A model generated the notes under the pieces. The model was not told where the DNA came from. It saw nothing but the letters and a program-made list of their open reading frames with translations, and made no database searches. 64,000 bases of DNA from Chlamydiota bacterium (GTDB lineage Bacteria > Chlamydiota > Chlamydiia > Chlamydiales > Rhabdochlamydiaceae): NCBI GenBank assembly GCA_013288075.1, contig JABDCQ010000002.1, positions 32,447-96,446 on the forward strand, read 5' to 3'. A program made the position numbers and the translations under genes. Shown piece after piece: positions 26,350 to 35,680 of the stretch. Numbering within the stretch: the first letter of the stretch is position 1; each line of letters starts with the position of its first letter.

Positions 26350-27720
26350 TCAGATCGATCTATAGGCGTGAAGGGCTTCTTTTGCAGCCTTTTCGTGATT
26401 GGTCATCGGAGCGGGATATTTTTTGCATCCAGCACGGTATTTTTCCTCATACCACGCATGAATGGCTTTAGGCGGGAAGTCCCGAAGTTCAGGAATCCAC
26501 TTCTTAATATAAGTACATTCAGGATCGAATTTTTTCTGCTGGTTCCAAGGATTGAAAATGCGAAAATAAGGTTGGGCATCGCATCCTGTACTGGTTACCC
26601 ATTGCCAATTTCCATTATTCACAGCAGGGTCGTAATCGATCAAGACTCTAGCAAAGTATTTTTCACCCCATCTCCAATCGATGTGCAGGTCTTTTATGAG
26701 AAATGAGGCTGCAATCATTCGAACGCGATTATGCATAAAACCTGTTTCGTTCATCTCTCTCATTCCTGCATCGATAATCGGAAAACCGGTAGAGCCTTCG
26801 CACCATCGTTGATAAGCTTTTTTGTTATAGGACCATTTGAGCTTGTCAAATTTGGGATGGAAAGCGCCTTGAAAGACGTGAGGAAAGAAAAATGCAACCG
26901 ATGTAAAAAAGTCTCTCCAGTAGAGAGCTCGGATTAGCTCGTGGTGCGGACTTAAATTACGGCAGATTGCCGCATAAACTTCGCGAGGGGAGCAGACGGT
27001 GAATTTCAGATAAGGGGAGAGATGTGTAGAGTATTCTTCTGCAGGAAAATCTCTCAGGCTTCCATATTTACCAAAAGAACCTAACTTTTTGAGAATTTTG
27101 AGAGCCTCCGCCCTTCCTCCGATCAACTCATTCTCTATAGTTGGCTTGGGAAAGGACGACTTATCTTCTGCAAAGGGGATTGATCCACGGAAGTAATTGG
27201 TCCCTTTGGTTTGCACGGGGGGTAATACTGTCTGTTTTGAAGCATTGCGAAAATAGGGCGTGAAAATTGAGTAAGGCTTCCCATCTTTTTTCAGAGTCTC
27301 TTCAGGGGGATGAAGGAGAGCATCATCGAAAGAATAAAATGGAATCTGGCCTCTTTTGCAGACTTTTTCGAGCTTTTTGTCTCTTTGTAGGCTATAGGGA
27401 GTATAGTCCCGATTTACGATCAAAGCCTCGATGTTGAGTTCGCGGATACATTTGCTCACAACTTCTTCGGGTTTTCCCTTAAAAAAGAAGAGCTTACCCC
27501 CTTTTTTCTTCAGCTGGTTTTCGAGATCTTTGAGAGATTCAATCATAAATTTCAGGCAATGATCGCTTCTAAAAGGATTTCTCTCGATTTGTTCTGGCGT
27601 AAAAATGAAGGCAGGAATGACAACTTCCGAAGACTTCAACGCAAAAATGAGCCCTGTATTATCTTCAAGTCGCAAATCGCGCCTGAATAAAAAGAGGGAT
27701 CTTCGAAACTTCTTTTCCAT
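26350..27720 (-). CDS. phr: Deoxyribodipyrimidine photolyase (cryptochrome/photolyase family)
   Basis: FRRDLRLEDNTGL at the N-terminus. TGFPIIDAGMREMNETGFMHNRVRMIAASFLIKDLHIDWRWGEKYF is the FAD-binding signature. Confidence 0.85.
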   Translation of the reverse strand: MEKKFRRSLFLFRRDLRLEDNTGLIFALKSSEVVIPAFIFTPEQIERNPFRSDHCLKFMIESLKDLENQLKKKGGKLFFFKGKPEEVVSKCIRELNIEALIVNRDYTPYSLQRDKKLEKVCKRGQIPFYSFDDALLHPPEETLKKDGKPYSIFTPYFRNASKQTVLPPVQTKGTNYFRGSIPFAEDKSSFPKPTIENELIGGRAEALKILKKLGSFGKYGSLRDFPAEEYSTHLSPYLKFTVCSPREVYAAICRNLSPHHELIRALYWRDFFTSVAFFFPHVFQGAFHPKFDKLKWSYNKKAYQRWCEGSTGFPIIDAGMREMNETGFMHNRVRMIAASFLIKDLHIDWRWGEKYFARVLIDYDPAVNNGNWQWVTSTGCDAQPYFRIFNPWNQQKKFDPECTYIKKWIPELRDFPPKAIHAWYEEKYRAGCKKYPAPMTNHEKAAKEALHAYRSI

Positions 27721-27722
27721 TT

Positions 27723-29156
27723 TTATCCCTTTGCGATGTGCTTTGCCAATTGACTAAAAATAAGAGTATGAAACGGGTAAAGACTATACCAATAAAATCT
27801 ACCCCAGACTCCACTCGGACGAAACGATGCTGTTTGTTTCAGAGTTCCTCCTATTTCATGAGGGATGATCTCAAATTCAAGCCACGCTTCACCGGGCAGT
27901 TTCATTTCAGCATAGAGAAGCAGGCGTCGATTTTTTTCATCCGCTAACAAAACGCGCCAGAAATCAAGAACATCTCCTGCTTTAAGCCGCGTCGGATGAG
28001 TTCTGCCTCGGCGCAACCCAATTCCTCCCACCAATTTATCCAGAAAACCCCTGAGTTTCCAAGCCCAATTCATTGCAAGCCAACCTTTTCTTCCGCCTAG
28101 AGACCAAACCCGTTTTTGCACTTGTTCTATAGGACAAGAAAAAGGAATGGTGCGTCTATCGCTCAAGATGCCAAATTTAGGAACGTTGATGTAAATGGAG
28201 AGATCTGGATTTAAAGTGGAACCGCTTAAGGTATCTTTCCAGCTTGAAGGTGCCCAATCTTCTTCGGTACGGGTAAAGGCGCGTTGCAGAGCCTTTTCAT
28301 AGGAGAGTAACTTTCTGGGAAAAAGCTTTTGAATTCGATTTTCTTTACAAACCGCATTATTAATCAGGCTTTCGACAAGGAAACGCGCAAGTGAAAAGCT
28401 TGTGCTAGTCACAAAAAATAGCCAATAGGAAGAAAGGCGTGGTGTAAGAACGGGAACCGTGAGGATTTTTCGTTTTAACCCCCGCATTTTTGCAAAATTT
28501 AATAGAAGCTCCTTGTAGCTCATAACATCTGGGCCTCCAATTTCAAAAGATTGACCAAAGCAGGCGGGATTGCCCAAAACGAGTGTCAGATAAGCTAGAA
28601 CATCGCTTATGGCGATCGGTTGGGTTAGCTGCTTAAGCCATTTTGGGGCAACCATAATGGGCAATTTTTCAACTAGATCTCGGATAATCTCAAATGAAGC
28701 GCTTCCTGAACCGATGATGATCCCAGCCATTAAAATCGTCACAGGAACTTTTCCTTCTCGGAGGATTTCTCCCACCCTTTTCCTTGAGGTTAGATGACGG
28801 GAGAGATGGGCTTCGTTTGAGAGACCACTCAAGTAGATGATTTGTTTCGCTTGTGTGTTGTCTAATCGACTTACAAAATTTTTTGCTGAAGCAGCTTCCA
28901 ATTCGGAAAATTTTTGCGAATAACTCATTGAATGGACTAGATAGTAAGCTACATCGATATCATCCGGAATCTTTAGCAAAGAGGAAGGATCAAGGAGATC
29001 AGCTTCAATGACATGAAGTTGAGATTGGAATTTCTCGGGAATTTCAATTCTAGAGCGGCTTCTTACCAGGGCATAGATCTCATGCCCCTCCTCTACCAAA
29101 CGAGGAAGAAGGCGAGTTCCAATATAGCCATTAGCTCCAGTAAGTAAGATTTTCAT
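27723..29156 (-). CDS. NAD(P)-binding SDR-like protein with a C-terminal DUF2867-like domain
   Basis: MKILLTGANGYIGTRLL Rossmann motif. The C-terminal WRVLLADEKNRRLLLYAEMKLPGEAWLEF matches the DUF2867 pattern. Its stop lies 2 nt from the photolyase start. Confidence 0.7.
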   Translation of the reverse strand: MKILLTGANGYIGTRLLPRLVEEGHEIYALVRSRSRIEIPEKFQSQLHVIEADLLDPSSLLKIPDDIDVAYYLVHSMSYSQKFSELEAASAKNFVSRLDNTQAKQIIYLSGLSNEAHLSRHLTSRKRVGEILREGKVPVTILMAGIIIGSGSASFEIIRDLVEKLPIMVAPKWLKQLTQPIAISDVLAYLTLVLGNPACFGQSFEIGGPDVMSYKELLLNFAKMRGLKRKILTVPVLTPRLSSYWLFFVTSTSFSLARFLVESLINNAVCKENRIQKLFPRKLLSYEKALQRAFTRTEEDWAPSSWKDTLSGSTLNPDLSIYINVPKFGILSDRRTIPFSCPIEQVQKRVWSLGGRKGWLAMNWAWKLRGFLDKLVGGIGLRRGRTHPTRLKAGDVLDFWRVLLADEKNRRLLLYAEMKLPGEAWLEFEIIPHEIGGTLKQTASFRPSGVWGRFYWYSLYPFHTLIFSQLAKHIAKG

Positions 29157-29480
29157 AATCCTCTCTTTAAAATATCTATAAGCTAATAGTCTACAAGTAA
29201 TCTAGGAAAAATTGTCGGAGTATCTCTCCAAATCGCAACTATCCGGAAGTTTTGGATAGGGTCTCGATATTCCACCTTTTGCGACTCTCTCTCTGTAAAC
29301 GACCAAGAAAGAACTCAACTCAATATCAACACTCAGAGAAAAACTCTTTCAAAAAAAAACAAGCTAGTATCTAATACCATAGTCAAAGCATTGAAACCCG
29401 AGCGACAAAAAGAATGATAAATGATATAATGATATAAATGATGAAGAAAAGGATCTCTAGCCAACCTAAAAAATATCCTT

Positions 29481-29524
29481 CTTATCATTGTATCATTCTT
29501 ATCATTGTATCATTCTTATCATTT
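29481..29524. repeat. 17-bp tandem repeat (2.6 units of CTTATCATTGTATCATT)
   Basis: Direct reading of 29481-29497, 29498-29514 and 29515-29524. An inverted array of ATGATA hexamers lies at 29411-29446. Confidence 0.7.
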
Positions 29525-29610
29525 CCTTGCCGCCAATTCCTTAAAACCTTAGTGGGAAAAAATGAAAACGATTGATAGATTGATTTCTTTATTGAAAACC
29601 AAAGGACCTG

Positions 29611-30027
29611 ATGAAATACTATATTGCGACATCACTTTCAAGAATAACGGCCCATCATATGGTAAGAGATGCTCTAAAAATAAGGGGTCATGAAATTTCA
29701 TATGATTGGACTTTGCATGGTAGTGTGAAATCGGTTAGCAAAGAGCGTCTACGAGAAGTAGCTGCTCTTGAGCTAGATGCCGTTTCGGAAGCTGATTTTG
29801 TTGTTGTTCTACTTCCGGGAGGGAATGGGACTCATCTAGAACTTGGATTTGCAATTGCAAGAGGAAAGAGAGTCTTTCTTCATAGCGAAGACTCTTTAGT
29901 TTTTGAGCTTGGACCTCAGACAAATGCGTTCTATCATCATTCTAATATCACCCGTCTTATTTGTCCTTTGGCTGATATTGGTACGACAGTGAATTCCTTA
30001 CTTCAGCAACCAGCAATGCTTTTATAA
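29611..30027 (+). CDS. Nucleoside 2-deoxyribosyltransferase-like superfamily protein
   Basis: 138 aa. The pattern ADFVVVLLPGGNGTHLELGFAIARGKRVFL (G-T-x-x-E-x-G-x-A-x-x-x-GK) is typical of this fold. Confidence 0.5.
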   Translation: MKYYIATSLSRITAHHMVRDALKIRGHEISYDWTLHGSVKSVSKERLREVAALELDAVSEADFVVVLLPGGNGTHLELGFAIARGKRVFLHSEDSLVFELGPQTNAFYHHSNITRLICPLADIGTTVNSLLQQPAMLL

Positions 30028-30121
30028 TAATTTGTTTTAAGGAAAATTTTATGCGCTGCTTTGAATGTGAATGGGCCATTAATAACTGCGTTCCCGTTCA
30101 TTTTACAGTTGAAAATGAAAA

Positions 30122-30625
30122 ATGGAGTGCCCGAAGGCTCATATGAATAATAAATGTCACACAGAGGAATTTGTCGATACACTTCCTGAAGAAGTGGAAG
30201 AAAAAATGCGCAAAGATCTTGTAGAATATGAAAGTAGTTATGGCATTGATGTAAATTACAAAAGATTTGCGGTTATTCTTAGGGATGAAAAAAGAGAGGT
30301 GCTTGGTGTTCTCAATGCCTTCACTGCATTTTCAGAAGTGTATATTGATGATATGTGGGTCTATAAGCCTTTTCGTGGGAAAGGCTATGGGAAAAAATTA
30401 TTGCAGGCGCTCGAAAATCATTTCAAGGGCAAAGGATTCAATAACATCAATCTCGTTACAAGTGCATTTTCGGCACCAGGATTTTACAAGAAATGTGGTT
30501 TTACCGTTGAGTTCGTAAGGGAAAATAAAAAAAATCCACAACTCACTAAAACTTTTTTTATAAAATATTTTGATGAGGAAATACAGGCGCAGGGCATTTT
30601 AAAAAAAGAAAATGGATGTTCATAA
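30122..30625 (+). CDS. GNAT-family N-acetyltransferase
   Basis: MWVYKPFRGKGYGKKLLQALENHF...FYKKCGF is the acetyl-CoA-binding motif. Confidence 0.7.
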   Translation: MECPKAHMNNKCHTEEFVDTLPEEVEEKMRKDLVEYESSYGIDVNYKRFAVILRDEKREVLGVLNAFTAFSEVYIDDMWVYKPFRGKGYGKKLLQALENHFKGKGFNNINLVTSAFSAPGFYKKCGFTVEFVRENKKNPQLTKTFFIKYFDEEIQAQGILKKENGCS

Positions 30626-30652
30626 ATATGATATTCGCGAGTTCGTCTGCGA

Positions 30653-31387
30653 TTGTTCAAGAAACTAACATTAAATCAAAACCAATACATGTTTGAGACA
30701 GAATACCTTATATCTCTACCCGAACTCATAAAGGCGTATGATATTCCTGGTTTATCATTGGCATTGATCTCTGAAAAAAAGATCGTGACTTTTGAATGTG
30801 GGGTTAAGAATAGCATTTCTCAGGATCCTGTAACCTCCTCCACTGTTTTTGAGGCAGCCTCTTTAAGCAAACCGCTGATTGCCTATGCAGCCCTAGAATT
30901 ATGTGAAAACGGTCTACTGGAAATGGACCAACCCCTGAGCATCTATTTACCAAGCCCAGAATCCGAAGACCCGTTTTTATCTGCTGTTACTTTGAGGCAT
31001 GTTCTCTCGCATACTGGAGGATTTCCTACTGCTAATCTAAAACCCGGGGATCCCTTGAAATTAGAGTTTTATCCTGGAATCCAGGTTCAAATTAACAAAG
31101 AAATTGGCTGGGGTTTAGGATGGGGGATTGAAATAACTCCTAAAGGGAGCTCTTCTTGGCATTCAGGAGATAATGGAACATTTCAATGCTTGGCCTTTCA
31201 AAACGAGCAAACAGGTTTCATCATCATGACAAATAGTGCCAACGGGATGAAAATATATAGGCACATTTTCGATCTTTTGATCGGCGGTGAGCATCCTTTG
31301 TTCGATTGGGAGCAATTTGATTCTCGCGCAGAAGAAAAGTTAGATGAAGAGTTCCTTGCAAATTGGTGGAAAATCTACGAGCTGTAG
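30653..31387 (+). CDS. Beta-lactamase-related serine hydrolase, abnormally short (possible internal deletion)
   Basis: SxxK motif in FEAASLSKPLIAYAAL and LRHVLSHTGG. The region that normally carries the Y-x-N motif appears to be missing between LKLEFYPG and GWGLGW. The C-terminal HSGDNGTF is present. Confidence 0.5.
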   Translation: MFKKLTLNQNQYMFETEYLISLPELIKAYDIPGLSLALISEKKIVTFECGVKNSISQDPVTSSTVFEAASLSKPLIAYAALELCENGLLEMDQPLSIYLPSPESEDPFLSAVTLRHVLSHTGGFPTANLKPGDPLKLEFYPGIQVQINKEIGWGLGWGIEITPKGSSSWHSGDNGTFQCLAFQNEQTGFIIMTNSANGMKIYRHIFDLLIGGEHPLFDWEQFDSRAEEKLDEEFLANWWKIYEL

Positions 31388-31397
31388 GCAAAATCAA

Positions 31398-32180
31398 ATG
31401 AAATCTTCTTATTTAAATTTGTGCACTGAATTTTATGATCTAACTAAACCAGAAGCTGGTCCTAAGGAAGTTGCATTTTATGAAAAGCTTCTTGGAACGG
31501 CAAAAGGCCCTATTCTTGAAGCGATGTGCGGATCGGGCAGGCTTCTCATTCCTCTGCTTAAAGAAGGATTAGTTGTAGAAGGTGTCGACAATTCAAGCCA
31601 CATGCTGCAAAGTTGCCAGAAACGTTGCTTTGACCAAGGTCTTGCGGTGCAACTTTACCATCAATCCCTCCAAAAACTTGATCTGCCTCGAAAATATGAT
31701 CTTATTTTCATCGCTATAGGATCGTTTCAGCTCATTCAAGATCGAAAAGAAGCGCTTAACATCTTAAAAAACCTCCATACGGTGCTGTTACCTGAAGGAA
31801 GGGTTGTGCTTGAAACTTTTATCCCATGGGATGCGATCAAAGACAACATTAATGGCTCAGTTTTGATGGACGAATCCAAAGAAAGGCTTTTTGAAAGAAC
31901 AGCCCACTCCGCAGATGGTTCTCAGATCGTTCACAAATCAACTGTTACCGTCAATTTCAAAGAGCAAATAGAAAAGACCCAAAGTCTCTATGAAAAATGG
32001 GTCCACGAGCTATTCAGCCAAGCCGAAGAAGAGGAATATGTGGTTCGATGGTATCACCGTTTTGAAATGGAACTTTTATTAGAAAAGGCTGGTTTTTCAG
32101 CCGTGAGTATCATAGATGAATCTTTTGAGCAAAATGAGCAAGCAGTTATCTATGTAGCATCTAAACCGGTGGAAATATGA
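31398..32180 (+). CDS. Class I SAM-dependent methyltransferase
   Basis: ILEAMCGSGRLLIPLLKEGLVVEGVDNSSHML is SAM-binding motif I. The start at 31398 avoids overlap with the preceding gene. Confidence 0.7.
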   Translation: MKSSYLNLCTEFYDLTKPEAGPKEVAFYEKLLGTAKGPILEAMCGSGRLLIPLLKEGLVVEGVDNSSHMLQSCQKRCFDQGLAVQLYHQSLQKLDLPRKYDLIFIAIGSFQLIQDRKEALNILKNLHTVLLPEGRVVLETFIPWDAIKDNINGSVLMDESKERLFERTAHSADGSQIVHKSTVTVNFKEQIEKTQSLYEKWVHELFSQAEEEEYVVRWYHRFEMELLLEKAGFSAVSIIDESFEQNEQAVIYVASKPVEI

Positions 32181-32320
32181 TCATTGATCACATAATCCCT
32201 ATTCTTGCAAAAGACTTAGGGGGTCTTTTTGAGCGTTTTCGGCAAGTAATTTAAACTTGAACTTGATATTTGTTCAAGCATGTTATTGCTTATCTTAAGT
32301 GGAATGAGGTGGTTGTGAAA

Positions 32321-32363
32321 GTGGGGCAAGCTGGACTTGAACCAGAGACCAGCGAGTTATGAG
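32321..32363 (-). repeat. 43-nt copy of the 3' half of tRNA(CAT), from the anticodon to the 3' end (candidate att repeat)
   Basis: GTGGGGCAAGCTGGACTTGAACCAGAGACCAGCGAGTTATGAG differs at only 2 positions from 39463-39505. Confidence 0.8.
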
Positions 32364-32552
32364 GGAGGGGGAACGCCAATTCACCCGATACCAACCAATC
32401 TAAATCAACACAAGTATAACGACTTAGGTAAGGAATGTCTATTGGTTTCTAATGGTTAATATCGGTTGAATTGGCAAGGCACTGGGCCCGTTTTTGCATC
32501 TTTACTGTTAAAAAACACCCAATAACGTCAACTGGGTTTTACAGAATGCATT

Positions 32553-33449
32553 TTAGATCTTATTCTTGTGATTTGCAAGCAATTCATCAATAATACGCCA
32601 ACATAGTGAAGATTCGGTGTTGTTTGGATTGGTAAAGCCAGCTGCCACCACCAAAGCCTTCCATAAAGTCCAGCCACGCGCACGAGCCCATGTGTCTTTA
32701 TCTAGACCAAGCATCTTTTGAAAAGTTTCTCTGCTTTTGCCGTGAAATAACGTCCAGCTGATTGCGAGGTCACATGCAGGATCACCAATAGCCAATTGTC
32801 CAAAATCGATCACAGCGCATAGCTTGCCTGTTTTTACTAGAAGATTGCCAGCACTGATATCACCATGCACCCATACTGGGGGATTTTTCCAAGAGGTGGA
32901 AAGAGCTGCTTCCCAAACAGCAGTAGCAGAAGATACGTCAATTTTATCTTTCAAAGAAGCGATTGCTTGACGTGTGTCAGCATCATAAATCGATAGTGAT
33001 CCACCTCTTTGGAAGCTATGTAATCCAGGTGCGGGTCCTCCGGTCGTATCGATTTTATGCAAAGCGACCAGAAAGTGAGCAAGACCGGCCGCAAATCCAT
33101 CCAGATCGCTTATGGGTGCTAAATTAGCGCTTTCTCCTTCAAGCCATCGGTAAATCGACCATTTCCAAGGATAACAATGCTCAGGCTTGCCCATTGCTAA
33201 GGGAATAGGAATAGAAAGGGGAAGATTTGGAGCTAATTTTGGCAACCACTTATGCTCCTTTTCTATCTGTAACTCATAATCAGCGGCACTTGGTAAACGG
33301 ACTGACATGTCTTTACCCAAATGAAAGGTTCGATTATCCCAGCCACTCATTGCTACAGACTGAATAGGTAGAGCTTTCCATTGGGGAAATTGAGAGTCAA
33401 TCAGACGACGTACAAGGGAAGCATCTATACTTGGGAGTTCTTTTTTCAT
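32553..33449 (-). CDS. Aminoglycoside/antibiotic phosphotransferase (APH) family kinase
   Basis: VHGDISAGNLLV...VIDFGQLAIGDPACDLA carries the Brenner and DFG-like motifs. An ATGA overlap joins it to the MarR gene stop. Confidence 0.75.
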   Translation of the reverse strand: MKKELPSIDASLVRRLIDSQFPQWKALPIQSVAMSGWDNRTFHLGKDMSVRLPSAADYELQIEKEHKWLPKLAPNLPLSIPIPLAMGKPEHCYPWKWSIYRWLEGESANLAPISDLDGFAAGLAHFLVALHKIDTTGGPAPGLHSFQRGGSLSIYDADTRQAIASLKDKIDVSSATAVWEAALSTSWKNPPVWVHGDISAGNLLVKTGKLCAVIDFGQLAIGDPACDLAISWTLFHGKSRETFQKMLGLDKDTWARARGWTLWKALVVAAGFTNPNNTESSLCWRIIDELLANHKNKI

Positions 33450-33925
33450 TGTTCTATCTCTGCTTGATCTTCCATGATTAGTTTCTGGAAGATACCAATC
33501 ATACACTCCATTTCTTCTGCTGTAAGCTTTTGAAAAAACTCTGCATCTTTTTTTTCGACAGCAGGCATTGTTCTTTTAAGGATAGCAGAGCCTTTTATAG
33601 TCAAAATAGGATTCTTAGCTCTTCCATCAAAAGATTTTTCTCGGGTGATCAGTTCTTTTTGTTCAAGTCCTCTTATGATTTGAGAAACAGTATTGGGATC
33701 AAGTCCGGCCATTTTACCAATAGCAGCTTGAGAAACTCGTTCTCCCTTTCGGGTTAGCCAGCCCAAAGTAGCAAGAATAACGAATTGGGGATGCGTGAGA
33801 CCCATTGATTTAAGCATCCATTCGATTGATCCACGCCATGCTGTGCTAACATGCCACAAAAGAAATCCTGGGCTGCGATCTGGCTTATCCTGAAGACTGA
33901 TCTCTTTAAAATTTACATTTTTCAT
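33446..33925 (-). CDS. MarR-family transcriptional regulator
   Basis: LTHPQFVILATLGWL...VSQAAIGKMAGLDPNTVSQIIRGLEQKELITR is a winged HTH. Confidence 0.8.
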   Translation of the reverse strand: MKNVNFKEISLQDKPDRSPGFLLWHVSTAWRGSIEWMLKSMGLTHPQFVILATLGWLTRKGERVSQAAIGKMAGLDPNTVSQIIRGLEQKELITREKSFDGRAKNPILTIKGSAILKRTMPAVEKKDAEFFQKLTAEEMECMIGIFQKLIMEDQAEIEQ

Positions 33926-34342
33926 CTAAATCTCCATTGCCTTGGCAATGATTTGGAAATCCTTTTGTGAAATTTCAAAACATCCTCGTCTGAAAGGGAA
34001 CCCCCATTTTTTCTTATCCTTTATAAAGGATAACTCCTCTAGAAGTTGTTGAATAGGAACATCATTTGATTGAATAAAAGAGACATCGCGACGCCAAGGA
34101 ACAAAGTTTTCACTCATAGCAAAAGGATAAGGGTTACTACCTTTGATTTTTCCTGTTGCTGTAAAGGATTGGCAGGGCTCTTTCTGCCCAAATTTGATAG
34201 TTGGGGAATAATAGACAATCCAATCACCTTCCTTCATTTGATTTAATGGACCGACCTTCCCATGGCAAACCTGAGCAAATCCACCTAATACTCCTCTTTG
34301 CACATGCTCTTTGGATGCGACTCCTATCCAGTACCGTGTCAT
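33926..34342 (-). CDS. EVE (PUA-like) domain protein
   Basis: MTRYWIGVASKEHVQRGVLGGFAQVCHGKVGPLNQMKEGDWIVYYSP matches the bacterial EVE-domain protein pattern as I recall it. Confidence 0.65.
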   Translation of the reverse strand: MTRYWIGVASKEHVQRGVLGGFAQVCHGKVGPLNQMKEGDWIVYYSPTIKFGQKEPCQSFTATGKIKGSNPYPFAMSENFVPWRRDVSFIQSNDVPIQQLLEELSFIKDKKKWGFPFRRGCFEISQKDFQIIAKAMEI

Positions 34343-34713
34343 TATTTTTCCTCGTGGAGTTTGTATACCCTAATTCTGTGTCCATCTGGGTCAAGAACAA
34401 CAAAGGTGCGTCCAAAGTCCATGTCTGTTGGTTTCTGAGCGACTGTCACATGCTTTTTGCCCCACTGTTCATACAAAGCATCGACATCTTCAGTCGGAAA
34501 GCATATTTCGAGCGCGCCAGCAGGTACATCTACCCGAGGCTCAGCTGTGTGTTTAGACCAAAGACCGAGCATCACGCCATTTTTGAGGGCGAACATTACA
34601 AATGTAGATGACTCTTCGATCGGTGTCATTCCAAAAATATCTTGATAAAAGAGAGCGCTCTTTTGCGGATTTGAGACAAAAAGAAGAACAAATCCTAAGC
34701 TTGGCGTAAACAT
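34342..34713 (-). CDS. VOC-family (glyoxalase/bleomycin-resistance-like) protein
   Basis: 123 aa with the pattern SALFYQDIFGM...FVVLDPDGHRIRVY. Its stop overlaps the EVE start by 1 nt. Confidence 0.7.
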   Translation of the reverse strand: MFTPSLGFVLLFVSNPQKSALFYQDIFGMTPIEESSTFVMFALKNGVMLGLWSKHTAEPRVDVPAGALEICFPTEDVDALYEQWGKKHVTVAQKPTDMDFGRTFVVLDPDGHRIRVYKLHEEK

Positions 34714-34785
34714 ATAATTTCTCCTAGTTAAAGCTATCAGGTTAGATTATACGTATGCGTATTAAACTCGTCTAGATGTTTTCTT

Positions 34786-35126
34786 TTAGATCAATGGCGA
34801 AGTGATGGCCGATTGTACTGGTAGTTGCCATTCGTTTGACTTAATCCGATAAAGCACATGCCGTTTTAATGGATGACCTTCTTGAAGCTTGGGATGATCA
34901 AAGTCATCAACTTCAGCGTGATGCATACCGATTTTTCCATCACATGTCGAGATCGCATATTTTGCACAGCAGTAAAAGAAACAATCTCTTCAAGGCGGAG
35001 TATATCGAATCCGTATCGCAAAGCTCCTCTTGCCCCTTCTGTAGCATAGCCCTTTCCCCAATGATTGAAAGCAAGCCTCCAACCAATTTCAACAGCAGGA
35101 GTGAATTCATTAAAAGGAGCGGAAAA
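34786..35126 (-). pseudogene. 5'-truncated GNAT (RimJ/RimL-like) acetyltransferase remnant
   Basis: My translation of the minus strand gives EIGWRLAFNHWGKGYATEGARGALRYGFDILRLEEIVSFTAVQNMRSRHVMEKIGMHH. An in-frame TGA lies just upstream, and there is no N-terminal half or start codon. Confidence 0.5.
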
Positions 35127-35140
35127 TCAGTCGTTCTGTC

Positions 35141-35680
35141 TTAACCGTCATGAGCAACCTCATATTTCAATTGCACTAAACCGCTTGGGTAAGATTGGGT
35201 AGAGATTAAGCGGCACTTATGTTCTCGATTCATGGTGCTAAAAAGAGGAATACCAGAGCCTAGGACCATAGCAATTACGGATATGGTGATATCGTCGACC
35301 AATCCAGCCTCCAAGAATTTAGATACAGTAATCCCTCCGTCAACCCATACACGTTTGATACCTTCGGAATGAAGCATAGAGGTAAGGTCAGCCAGTTGCC
35401 CCCGAAATAGCTCTGCTTCTTTCCTGGCATCATTTAATGTATTACTAAGAACGATGACTCTTTTGCCTTTATACGGCCACTCGTCAAAGTCAGAAACTAC
35501 TTCATAAGTATTTCTTCCAAGAATCAAAGCATCGATGCTATTGATGAAATTCTTAAAGCCATAATCTTCATTACCTGTATGGCCATACTGTAGCCAATCT
35601 AGATTCCCATCCTTACGAGCGATATAACCATCGATGCTGGTTGCAATATAAATAGAGATTTTTGGGCGCGTTTCATTCAT
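35141..35680 (-). CDS. Dihydrofolate-reductase-family protein (RibD C-terminal-like)
   Basis: ISIYIATSIDGYIARKDGNLDWL...LILGRNTYE pattern. Confidence 0.7.
   Translation of the reverse strand: MNETRPKISIYIATSIDGYIARKDGNLDWLQYGHTGNEDYGFKNFINSIDALILGRNTYEVVSDFDEWPYKGKRVIVLSNTLNDARKEAELFRGQLADLTSMLHSEGIKRVWVDGGITVSKFLEAGLVDDITISVIAMVLGSGIPLFSTMNREHKCRLISTQSYPSGLVQLKYEVAHDG

Noticed and set aside
30051-30146. 31-codon ORF MRCFECEWAINNCVPVHFTVENEKWSARRLI upstream of, and overlapping, the GNAT gene
   Set aside because: It is very short, has no clear RBS, and overlaps the start of the GNAT ORF. There is no supporting evidence beyond the Cys content.
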